Under the pieces are notes generated by a model. The model did not search any database and was not told where the DNA came from. It saw only the letters and a program-made list of their open reading frames with translations. 24,000 bases of DNA from Curtobacterium sp. Leaf261 (GTDB lineage: Bacteria; Actinomycetota; Actinomycetes; Actinomycetales; Microbacteriaceae), in contig NZ_LMMJ01000009.1 of the NCBI RefSeq assembly GCF_001422205.1, positions 456,841 through 480,840 of the forward strand, read 5' to 3'. The translations under genes and the position numbers were made by a program. Position 1 is the stretch's first letter. Each line of letters opens with the position of its first letter. Below, piece after piece: positions 8,674 to 16,096 of this stretch.

Positions 8674-9405
8674 ATGGACATCGCGACGACCACCACCGGC
8701 ACCGGCCCGCGACACGTCGGGCTGGTGCACGGCCTCGGTGGCAGCGGTGCGACGTGGGGTCCGCTCGTGGACCTCATGGTCGCCACCGGCGCCTACACCG
8801 TGACGACGGTCGACCTCCGCGGGCACGGCGCGAGCGACCGCTCAGCGTCGTACCGCCTCGACGACTTCGCCGACGACCTCTGTGCGGCGCTCCCGCACGG
8901 CCTGCACAGCGTCGTCGGGCACTCGCTCGGCGGCGCGGTGCTCGTGCGGGCCGTGGACCGGCTGCGGCCGGAGCGGGCGATCTACCTCGATCCCGGGTTC
9001 CAGCTCGCACTCCCGACGTCCGGGATCGCGGGGCGGCTGTTCTGGGCGTTCCCCCGTCTGACGCTCGGCGTCGCGGCACTCGCACAGGCCCGGAAGTCCG
9101 CCGCGCAGCGGGCCGGGTTCCCACCGCGCACCCGGGAACTCCTCACAGACGCCGAGGGACGGTTCGATGCCGCGATGGCGGTCGGCGTCTTCCGCGAGGT
9201 GGCGTTCACCCCCGTCGTCCCCGGTCCGGCCGCCGTGCCGTCCGCGGTGGTCCTGTCGGACGACTCGCCCGCCGTGCTCCCCGACGAGCTCGCCGAGCGG
9301 CTCGTGGCGGACGGCTGGACCGTCAGGCGGGTCGCTGGCGTCCACCACGACATGCACCTCGAAGCACCGGACCGCACGTTCTCATCGATCGCAGACCTGC
9401 TCTGA
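8674..9405 (+). CDS. alpha/beta-fold hydrolase
   Basis: Internal ATG of ORF 8482..9405, 4 nt after the MFS stop. HGLGGSGATW oxyanion region, GHSLGG nucleophile elbow, and a C-terminal H in VHHDMH. Confidence 0.75.
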   Translation: MDIATTTTGTGPRHVGLVHGLGGSGATWGPLVDLMVATGAYTVTTVDLRGHGASDRSASYRLDDFADDLCAALPHGLHSVVGHSLGGAVLVRAVDRLRPERAIYLDPGFQLALPTSGIAGRLFWAFPRLTLGVAALAQARKSAAQRAGFPPRTRELLTDAEGRFDAAMAVGVFREVAFTPVVPGPAAVPSAVVLSDDSPAVLPDELAERLVADGWTVRRVAGVHHDMHLEAPDRTFSSIADLL

Positions 9406-9446
9406 CCGCGCTGCGGCTTCGCTCAGCCCTCCGTCGGTGGCTGCGC

Positions 9447-9833
9447 TCAGCCCTCCGTCGGCAGCACCGCGACGACGTCGATCTCGACGAGGATGTTCGC
9501 GAGGTGCGACTGCACGGTGGTGCGCACCGGGTACGGCGCGCTGAAGTGCTTGGCGTACTCGTCGTTGAACGTCGCGAAGTCGCGGTCCGAGTGCTCGAGG
9601 TGCACCGTGGACTTCACGACGTCGTCGAGGGTCGCACCGTGTTCGGCGAGGACGGCTGCGATGTTCGCGAGGACCTGCGCGGTCTGCCCCGCGACGTCGT
9701 CCGCCACGGCACCGGTCGCCGGGTCCTGCGGACCGAAGCCCGCCGTGTAGAGGAACCCGTTCGCGACGATCCCCTGGCTGTACGGCCCCGCAGGCTTCGG
9801 TGCGGCGTCGGTGACGATGGCGGTCTTCGGCAC
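9447..9833 (-). CDS. RidA/YjgF/TdcF-family reactive-intermediate deaminase
   Basis: 128 aa from a GTG at 9833 preceded by gagaggga. APKPAGPYSQG, FLYTAGFGPQDP and PVRTTVQS...VEIDVVA are family-typical. The 43 codons upstream in ORF 9447..9962 are not RidA-like. Confidence 0.85.
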   Translation of the reverse strand: MPKTAIVTDAAPKPAGPYSQGIVANGFLYTAGFGPQDPATGAVADDVAGQTAQVLANIAAVLAEHGATLDDVVKSTVHLEHSDRDFATFNDEYAKHFSAPYPVRTTVQSHLANILVEIDVVAVLPTEG

Positions 9834-10048
9834 GGTTGTCCCTCTCGTTCGTGGAGCGTCCAGGCTACGGGGCGGCCGGGAGGCGCGGCTCGGCTCGACA
9901 GCGATCCGTTCCGTTCTGCAGAACCCAGGTCGGGCAGGCTCCCTGCCCCAGTGGCTCTCCACGGCGGCGCGTCCAGCGTCGGTCCCAGGAACCGCGTCTA
10001 TCGTGGCCGCGTGACCCGTGCCCCCCTCGACGCCGCGCCTGCAGTCCG

Positions 10049-11389
10049 GTGACCGGCACCGACCGGGAACGTGTCCGGCGTGGGGACACCGCGACCGTCG
10101 CCGCCGTGCAGCCGCCGTTCGCGCGCCTGCTCGACGCGGTCACGAGCCTGCCGGCGTGGGCCGCGGTCCTGACGATATTCGTCGCGGGACGCCTCCTCTC
10201 CACCTTCTGGCTCGCCGCCGTGTACCCGCTCATCGGGACGGCACAGCCCTCGAACGCGATCCGCGGGAACGACCACGGGTTCCTGACCTTCCTGACGAGC
10301 TGGGACGGGCAGTACTACCAGGACATCTCCCTGCACGGGTACCCGTCGGTCCTGCCCGTGGACTCGGCCGGACACGTCCTGCAGAACGCGTGGGCGTTCC
10401 TCCCGGCCTTCCCGTTCACCATCCGTGCCCTGACCGCATCGACCGGGATCACGTTCGAGGTCGGCGCGCCGCTCATCGCGACCATCGCCGGCCTGGTCGC
10501 CGCCTACCTGCTCTTCGTGCTCGTCCGGACGCGCGCGGGCGCGACCGCCGCGATGTGGGGTGTGTTCTTCTTCTGCGTCGGCCCGCTGTCCTTCCTGCTG
10601 CAGGTCGGGTACGCGGAGAGCATGTTCCTCGCGCTCACGTTCGGTGCGCTCGTCGCGATGCAGCGGCAGCGCTACCTCGTGATGACGGCACTCACGGTGG
10701 TCGCCGCGTTCACGAGGCCGGGAGCACTCGCGATCCCGCTGACGCTCGCCGCGATCGCGCTCGTGCGGTACGTGCAACTCCGCCGGAGCCGACGGGCCGG
10801 GTCGGACGTCGCCGCGGACGATGTGCGCTCCGGCGTGGCCCGTGACGCCACGAGGACCGGGCTCCTCCGGGCGCTGCCGACGTCGTTCCCGATCTGGGAG
10901 CGCGTCGTGGTGGTCGTCTCCGGCGTCGTGATGACCCTCGCCGGTGTCGCCTGGCCGCTCATCGCCGCGCACGCGACCGGCCGGCCGGACGCGTACCTCG
11001 AGACCGAGATGTCCTGGTGGGTGGCGTTCATCGGCCGCGTCGACTTCGTCCCGCTGACACCGTGGTTCCTGAACGCCGGACGTTGGCTCGGGCTCGGCGG
11101 CGTCGCGATCGTGATCCTGCTCGTCGCGGGCTACTCGGTCTGGCTCTGCCGGCGCTCGACGCGGAAGCTCGGGCTCGTGCCGCTGACGTTCTCGGCGGCG
11201 TACGCGCTGTACGTCTTCGCGGTGTCGATCCCGATGGCCTCGACGCCGAGGCTCCTCATGCCGCTGGCCCCGCTCATGGCGAGCCCCGAACTCGTCGCGC
11301 GGCCGTGGTCGCGATGGGTGATGGTGTCGCTGGCACTCGCGGGCCAGCCGGTGTTGATCGTGGTGCTCTGGCTGCTCGGCCCGCCGTAG
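10049..11389 (+). CDS. polytopic membrane protein, GT-C / PIG-V-like mannosyltransferase family (start uncertain)
   Basis: At least 9 hydrophobic helices. The WDGQYYQDISLHGY loop after TM1 resembles the WDxxxY...GY motif of PIG-V-type GT-C proteins. Candidate GTG starts at 10049 and 10106. The ATG at 9836 abuts the ridA start and is unlikely. Confidence 0.55.
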   Translation: MTGTDRERVRRGDTATVAAVQPPFARLLDAVTSLPAWAAVLTIFVAGRLLSTFWLAAVYPLIGTAQPSNAIRGNDHGFLTFLTSWDGQYYQDISLHGYPSVLPVDSAGHVLQNAWAFLPAFPFTIRALTASTGITFEVGAPLIATIAGLVAAYLLFVLVRTRAGATAAMWGVFFFCVGPLSFLLQVGYAESMFLALTFGALVAMQRQRYLVMTALTVVAAFTRPGALAIPLTLAAIALVRYVQLRRSRRAGSDVAADDVRSGVARDATRTGLLRALPTSFPIWERVVVVVSGVVMTLAGVAWPLIAAHATGRPDAYLETEMSWWVAFIGRVDFVPLTPWFLNAGRWLGLGGVAIVILLVAGYSVWLCRRSTRKLGLVPLTFSAAYALYVFAVSIPMASTPRLLMPLAPLMASPELVARPWSRWVMVSLALAGQPVLIVVLWLLGPP

Positions 11390-11449
11390 TCCGCACTCGG
11401 CCCCGTCCCGCAGCCCAGACTCGGTCCGCACTCGGCCCCCGCGCGGCGC

Positions 11450-11504
11450 GAGACGTGCCAAAGTGTCGGGTCACATGAACGGACCCGACACTTCGGCACG
11501 TCTC
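11450..11504. terminator. long hairpin between convergent genes (23-bp stem, 9-nt loop); candidate bidirectional terminator
   Basis: gagacgtgccaaagtgtcgggtc / acatgaacg / gacccgacacttcggcacgtctc, with one mismatch (A.C on the + RNA, G.U on the - RNA). It lies midway between the stops at 11389 (+) and 11566 (-). No U-tract. Confidence 0.5.
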
Positions 11505-11565
11505 GACGGGCACAGGGCCCGGCTGGCGGGGCCGAGCCTCAGCAGGCCAGAGGCCCGCCCGGTGC

Positions 11566-12054
11566 TCAGAGCTCGACGGTGCCGTGTCCGCCGACGTCGG
11601 GCGTGGAGTGCGTCAACGCCGCCTTGACGGTCTGCACGAGGGTGCCGATCTTGCCCGCCTCCTGCGTCCAGTACTCGACGGACTCCCCCGTCACGGTCAG
11701 CACGCGGATCGACGGGTCCTCGCGGCCGGCCGGGAACCAGGCCTCGGCGAACGGGGACCACAGCTCGTCCACGACCGCCGAGTCCTCCGTCACGGCAGCG
11801 GTGCCGGCGATGGACAGGTACCCGCCCTGCGACTCGATCGCGACGTTGACGTGCGCGTTCCGGGCGATGTCGGCGACCTTCTCGCTGTCGGCCTGCACGA
11901 GGAACCGCAGTGTCCCGGTGAAGGTCTTGTCCTGCACTGCGAGGGGTCGGGCGTGCAGTGAACCGTCCTCGTTGACGGTCGTCAGCAGTGCGGTGTGGGC
12001 GCCGTGCACGATGTCCGAGATCGCAGCGCGCGGGTCGACGGTGGTGTCGGTCAT
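11566..12054 (-). CDS. pyridoxamine 5'-phosphate oxidase-like FMN-binding protein (general stress protein 26 type)
   Basis: 162 aa from the ATG at 12054, preceded by gaaggga. ALLTTVNEDGSLHARPL...LRFLV...NVAIESQGGYLSIAGTA matches the split-barrel PNPOx-like pattern. Confidence 0.75.
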   Translation of the reverse strand: MTDTTVDPRAAISDIVHGAHTALLTTVNEDGSLHARPLAVQDKTFTGTLRFLVQADSEKVADIARNAHVNVAIESQGGYLSIAGTAAVTEDSAVVDELWSPFAEAWFPAGREDPSIRVLTVTGESVEYWTQEAGKIGTLVQTVKAALTHSTPDVGGHGTVEL

Positions 12055-12181
12055 GATGATCCCTTCGTCATACCCCGTCGTCGTCGGGCCTGCAGAACGG
12101 ACTGTGGCCAGGACGACCCCGGGGCCATCTGACCTCAGAGTGTGCCCGGGCCGGTGTGCCCGCGCCGCCGTTTCCCCGGGA

Positions 12182-12286
12182 ACTCCCGGTTCGCCGCGGA
12201 AGTGGGACTCCCGGTTCCCCGCGGGAGTGCGACTCCCGGTTCGCCGCGGGAGTGCGACTCCGGTTCGCCGCAGGGGTGCAGGGCGG
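12182..12286. repeat. tandem array, 25-bp unit x4 (last copy degenerate); each unit carries its own hairpin
   Basis: Units start at 12182, 12207, 12232 and 12257. Consensus is actcccggttcgccgcgggagtgcg, with internal inverted repeat ACTCCCG-N8-CGGGAGT. The array is intergenic, between the 222-aa gene stop and the PNPOx gene start. Confidence 0.9.
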
Positions 12287-12298
12287 ACTCGCAGACCG

Positions 12299-12967
12299 TC
12301 AGCCCTCGCGGATGACCGACTCGACGTCCACGACCTGTGGGCGCGCCGGCATCGACGCGAACCCGAAGCGCACCGGCGGATCGAGCGGTGCGAGCACGCC
12401 CACGTCGGCACCCTCCCATGCGCCGGTGACGCCCAGGACGGCGTGCGAGCCGTACACACCGTAGAACTCGCGGCGACCTGCACCCGCGGTGCCGGCCGTG
12501 CCCGCCCCCGGGACGATCAGCCGTGCGACGGGGTGGATCGCGGCGAGCCAGCGGGGATCCACCGCGATCCGCCGCGGGACGATGCGGAGCAGTCGCCCGA
12601 GCGGCGTGATCCCGCCGACCTCCGCACTGAGCCGGAGGGGCCCGGCATCGACGTCGATCACGGCGCGCACCCGCGGGTCGGCGTGCGCGAGCATCGTGGA
12701 CCGGACCGGGAGCACGCGCGTCTCGTCGAACCGGTAGGTCGAGGAGACGAACTCCGCGACGGCGTCGTTCGGCGCGAGCAGCATCGAGGACCCGTCCGGC
12801 AGCTCGAGGAAGACGTCGGTGAAGGCCCCGAGCGGCGAGTCCCGCCACATCCCGACGACGGCCCGGAGTCCGCTCGCGGTCCCGACGCCCATGATCCGGC
12901 CGCGGAACCGCTGGTCGTGCACCGATCTGCCGTTCCGGGTGATGTCCATCCTGCGGAGGCTACTCAT
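12299..12967 (-). CDS. hypothetical protein (no family recognised)
   Basis: 222-aa ORF with strong third-position G/C bias, consistent with real coding. No motif I can name. An alternative ATG is at 12949. Confidence 0.6.
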   Translation of the reverse strand: MSSLRRMDITRNGRSVHDQRFRGRIMGVGTASGLRAVVGMWRDSPLGAFTDVFLELPDGSSMLLAPNDAVAEFVSSTYRFDETRVLPVRSTMLAHADPRVRAVIDVDAGPLRLSAEVGGITPLGRLLRIVPRRIAVDPRWLAAIHPVARLIVPGAGTAGTAGAGRREFYGVYGSHAVLGVTGAWEGADVGVLAPLDPPVRFGFASMPARPQVVDVESVIREG

Positions 12968-13074
12968 GCCCGCTGGTCACGCGGGTCCAGATGGACGGCG
13001 CCGACATGCGGTCGTACCGCGCGCACGACGCGAGATCGCCGGTTCGGCCGCTGCGGGCCTCCAGACCAGATGCC

Positions 13075-13239
13075 CCGTTCCGGACGGGAGGCGCGGCGCA
13101 CGTCCGGCAGACCGCCCGAGTCGCGCACACCGTTCCGGACGGGAGGCACGGCGCACGTCCGGCAGACCACCCAGGTCGCGCAGACCGTTCCGGACGGGAG
13201 GCGCGGCGCACGTCCGGCAGACCGCCTCCGTCCGCAGCG
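13075..13239. repeat. tandem array, 55-bp unit x3, with internal inverted repeat CCGGACG-N14-CGTCCGG
   Basis: Units start at 13075, 13130 and 13185. The first 41 nt are nearly identical (ccgttccggacgggaggcRcggcgcacgtccggcagacc) and the 14-nt tails diverge. The array is intergenic, between the LLM stop (13255) and the hypothetical gene start (12967). Confidence 0.9.
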
Positions 13240-13254
13240 AGGAATCCGGCGAGG

Positions 13255-14394
13255 TCAGGCGACCGGCACCGGCTCGGCCAGGAGCTCCTCGACCAGCGGC
13301 TTGACCCTCGTGCCGAAGAGCTCGATCGAGCGCATCATGTGCTCGTGCGGCAGGCGGCCGGTGCTGTACCGCAGGTCGAAGCGCGTGACGCCGAGGATCC
13401 GCATGTTCCGGGCGATCTTCCGCGCGACGGTCTCCGGCGACCCGACGTAGAGCGACCCGCCGGCGCTGAGGCCCGCGTGGTACTGCGACACGTCGAACGG
13501 CGGCCACCCACGCTCGCGGCCGAGGCGGTCGGTGACGTCCTTGTGGTACGGGAAGAACAGCTCGGCGGCCTCGTCGTCGGTCTCCGCCACGAACCCGGGC
13601 GAGTGCATCGCGATCGGCTGCTGCTCGTGGCCGAACTGCTCGAGCGCCTGCCGGTAGAGCCGGGAGAACGGGGCGAACTGTGCGGGCTGCCCGCCGATGA
13701 TCGCGAGGAAGAGCGGGAAGCCGTAGCTCGCGGCCCGGATGACGGACTGCGGCGATCCGCCCACGCCGATCCAGGTGCGGATGCTGCCGTGCTCGGTCTT
13801 CGGGAACACGTCCTGGTTCGTCAGGCCCGCGCGCTTCGTGCCGTTCCACGTGACCGGGGTCTCCTTGAGGAGCTCGGCGAAGAGCTCGACCTTCTCCTCG
13901 AAGAGCGCCTCGTAGTCGGCGAGGTCGTAGCCGAAGAGCGGGAACGACTCGGTGAAGGAGCCGCGGCCGAGCACCACCTCGGCGCGGCCGTTCGAGATCG
14001 CGTCGACGGTGGCGAAGCGCTCGTACACGCGGACCGGGTCGTCGGAGCTGAGGACCGTGACCGCCGAACCCACGTGGATGCGCTCGGTGCGAGCGGCGAT
14101 GGCGGCGAGGACGACCTCGGGGGCGCTGACCGCGAAGTCACCGCGGTGGTGCTCGCCGACGCCGATGAAGTCGAGGCCGACCTGGTCCGCGAGGACCGCC
14201 TGGTCGACGATGTTCCTGATGCTCTGCGCCTGGGTCAGGACTCCACCGTCAGCGGTCTCCGTGACGTCGCCGAAGGTGTCGAGGCCGAGCTGCACCGGAC
14301 CGACGCGGTCGGGCGCGGCCGGCGGGACGTCCGCGGGGCGCTGGTGTGCGGAGGCGGAGGCGTCCCCGCCGATGTTGCCGAATGCACTGGCCAT
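13255..14394 (-). CDS. LLM-class (luciferase-like) flavin-dependent oxidoreductase
   Basis: 379 aa. LGLDTFGD...LDFIGVGEHH, SSDDPVRVYERFATVDAISNGRAEVVLGRGS and WIGVGGSPQSV are typical of the luciferase-like monooxygenase TIM barrel. gggaga RBS lies 6 nt upstream. Confidence 0.85.
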   Translation of the reverse strand: MASAFGNIGGDASASAHQRPADVPPAAPDRVGPVQLGLDTFGDVTETADGGVLTQAQSIRNIVDQAVLADQVGLDFIGVGEHHRGDFAVSAPEVVLAAIAARTERIHVGSAVTVLSSDDPVRVYERFATVDAISNGRAEVVLGRGSFTESFPLFGYDLADYEALFEEKVELFAELLKETPVTWNGTKRAGLTNQDVFPKTEHGSIRTWIGVGGSPQSVIRAASYGFPLFLAIIGGQPAQFAPFSRLYRQALEQFGHEQQPIAMHSPGFVAETDDEAAELFFPYHKDVTDRLGRERGWPPFDVSQYHAGLSAGGSLYVGSPETVARKIARNMRILGVTRFDLRYSTGRLPHEHMMRSIELFGTRVKPLVEELLAEPVPVA

Positions 14395-14416
14395 GTTCGT
14401 CTCCCGATCGATGCGT

Positions 14417-14432
14417 TTGCATGATCATACAA
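14417..14432 (-). promoter_or_regulatory. near-perfect 16-bp palindrome overlapping a -10-like TATGAT, upstream of the LLM gene
   Basis: The minus strand reads TTGTATGATCATGCAA (14 of 16 positions symmetric) in a local AT-rich island 22 nt upstream of the ATG at 14394. I found no separate -35. Confidence 0.35.
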
Positions 14433-14458
14433 CGCGACGGGCGAACCGGGAGACCGGG

Positions 14459-15250
14459 TCAGAACCGGAAGCTCGTGAACCGGCCGATCAGGACGAGCGC
14501 CCCGATGACGATCGAGACGATGGACAGCACGAACGCCGCCGTGAGCATCGCCGAGCCGGGGGCACCCTTGGGGATCGCCCGCGACCGGAGCGCGATCGCC
14601 TCGCGGAGGGCGAAGATCCCGAGCGCGAGGCCGAGACCCCAGAAGACCCAGCCGGCGACGACACCGACGAGCGCCAGGACGAATGCTCGCGTCGGGGTCG
14701 GGACGACCTGGCGTCCCTGGTACGGCGCACCACCGTTCCGAGCACCGCCCGGCTGCCCGTAGCCGCCGCCGTACTGGCCCTGCCCGCCGTACTGACCCTG
14801 TCCGCCCGGTTGACCCTGTCCGCTCGGCTGGCCGTACCCGCCGCCGTACTGGCCCTGCCCGTCCGGTTGACCCTGGCCGCCCGGCTGGCCGTACCCGCCG
14901 CCGTACTGGCCCTGCCCGCCCGGTTGACCCTGTCCGCCCGGCTGGCCGTACCCGCCGCCGTACTGGCGCTGCCCGCCGTACTGGCCCTGTCCGCCCTGCA
15001 TCGGCGACTGCGGCGCGGACGGCCCCGGGCCCTGCGGCCACGAGGTGTCCGCAGACGTGCCGCTCACGGTCCCACCCCGGTTCGCCTGGTCCGCCTGCGC
15101 GCGGACCCAGCCGTCGTAGGTCGCGTCGAGCATGCCCTGGTCGTCGACGACCGTCCTCGCCTGGTCCTCGCCGACATGGGGGTACCCCAGCTCGAGCCGT
15201 CCCTGCACCGAGGCGAATCGGGTGCGGAACTCGTCCTTGGACATCGTCAC
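14459..15250 (-). CDS. membrane protein with a G/Q/Y/P-rich tandem-repeat linker and a C-terminal two-helix (DUF4190-like) anchor
   Basis: 263 aa. It has a roughly 60-aa N-terminal globular part, then about 100 aa of a 19-aa repeat (QGQYGGGYGQPGGQGQPGG), then two hydrophobic helices. The GTG at 15250 lies 3 nt after the upstream stop; an alternative ATG is at 15244. Confidence 0.65.
   Translation of the reverse strand: MTMSKDEFRTRFASVQGRLELGYPHVGEDQARTVVDDQGMLDATYDGWVRAQADQANRGGTVSGTSADTSWPQGPGPSAPQSPMQGGQGQYGGQRQYGGGYGQPGGQGQPGGQGQYGGGYGQPGGQGQPDGQGQYGGGYGQPSGQGQPGGQGQYGGQGQYGGGYGQPGGARNGGAPYQGRQVVPTPTRAFVLALVGVVAGWVFWGLGLALGIFALREAIALRSRAIPKGAPGSAMLTAAFVLSIVSIVIGALVLIGRFTSFRF
14766..15011 (-). 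repeat. in-frame 57-bp coding tandem repeat (about 4 copies) inside the G/Q/Y-rich protein gene
   Basis: ccgccgtactgg recurs at 14766, 14841, 14898 and 14955, with a 57-bp period for the last three. It encodes a 19-aa period. Confidence 0.85.
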
Positions 15251-15253
15251 GGG

Positions 15254-16096
15254 TCAAGCATGGCGGACGAGGCCCGCCGCGTCGATGCGTGTCACGTCAT
15301 CGGCTCCCGCGGCGGTGTCCTCTGCCGTCCGGATGTGCGCCGGATCACCGAACCGAGCGTGCCGGAGCACGGCGCCGTCGGGCCCGACCGCCGCGGCGAC
15401 GATCGACAGCGTGGCGAACCGGCCGGCAGGACCCGTGGTGTCCCGGACGATCGCCGCCGGGTCCGTCGGCCGGAGCCCGGTGCTCTGCCTGAGGACGTCG
15501 AGCCACGGCGTCCACGCGGCGTCGGGCTCGAGGTCGGTCGCGGTCGTCGGCGGCCCGGTGAACCCCTCGAGGGCATCGGCCGTCGGCGCGTCCGACGGCG
15601 GGGCGACGGCGCGGAACGCGTGCAGCCAGCGTGCGATCCGCGGGACGTCCTCGTCGTCCGCCGCCGTCTCGGTGAGCATGTGGACGCCGGGTCCGAGCCG
15701 GGTCGTGACAACCCCGGTGCCGTCCCACGCGGTGACCGTGACCCCGTCGGCGTCCGCGCGGACCAGGTTGCACGACCGCGACCCGGGCGGGGCCGTCGGC
15801 ACCGTGCCGGACACGACCGCGTCGAGGGGCAGCACACCCCGCGAGGTCCACCCGCCGGCCGGTTCCGGCACGGGCTCCGCGCGGTTGAGCACGACCGCGA
15901 GCGATCGCGAGCGGTCGGACACCGCCAGCCACGCTCCGCCCGCGGACCGGTCGTGGACGCCTCGGACATCCGGGTCGAGTTCGGGCCACCAGGCGCCCGG
16001 CGGATCCCACGGACGTTCCGGAGACTCGTCACGGAGCGCGAGGAGCGTCACTGGCCAGGGAGCGCCCGGCTCGACGCGGACGATGACGGTGCACAT
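15254..16096 (-). CDS. NRDE / TANGO2-family protein
   Basis: 280 aa from an internal ATG of ORF 15254..16672. The N-terminus MCTVIV (Met-Cys start) and LLALRDESPERPWDPPGAWW match the family-defining N-terminal Cys and (N)RDE motif. Confidence 0.75.
   Translation of the reverse strand: MCTVIVRVEPGAPWPVTLLALRDESPERPWDPPGAWWPELDPDVRGVHDRSAGGAWLAVSDRSRSLAVVLNRAEPVPEPAGGWTSRGVLPLDAVVSGTVPTAPPGSRSCNLVRADADGVTVTAWDGTGVVTTRLGPGVHMLTETAADDEDVPRIARWLHAFRAVAPPSDAPTADALEGFTGPPTTATDLEPDAAWTPWLDVLRQSTGLRPTDPAAIVRDTTGPAGRFATLSIVAAAVGPDGAVLRHARFGDPAHIRTAEDTAAGADDVTRIDAAGLVRHA

Noticed and set aside
9836-10048. ATG at 9836 as the start of the GT-C membrane protein (517-aa form)
   Set aside because: It would begin 3 nt from the divergent ridA start codon, leaving no promoter space. 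The extra 71 residues are Arg/Pro-rich and non-hydrophobic.
12182-13239. Possible CRISPR arrays (regularly spaced repeats with dyad symmetry)
   Set aside because: The units are directly abutting, with no unique spacers of CRISPR size. The 55-bp units have only 14-nt variable tails. There are only 3-4 copies, and no cas genes are in the window.
12055-13254. Integron-type gene cassette or MITE-borne insertion carrying the 222-aa gene
   Set aside because: There is no integrase or transposase, no terminal inverted repeats matching each other (the two flanking arrays are unrelated in sequence), and no target-site duplication. The GC content and codon bias of the gene match its neighbours.
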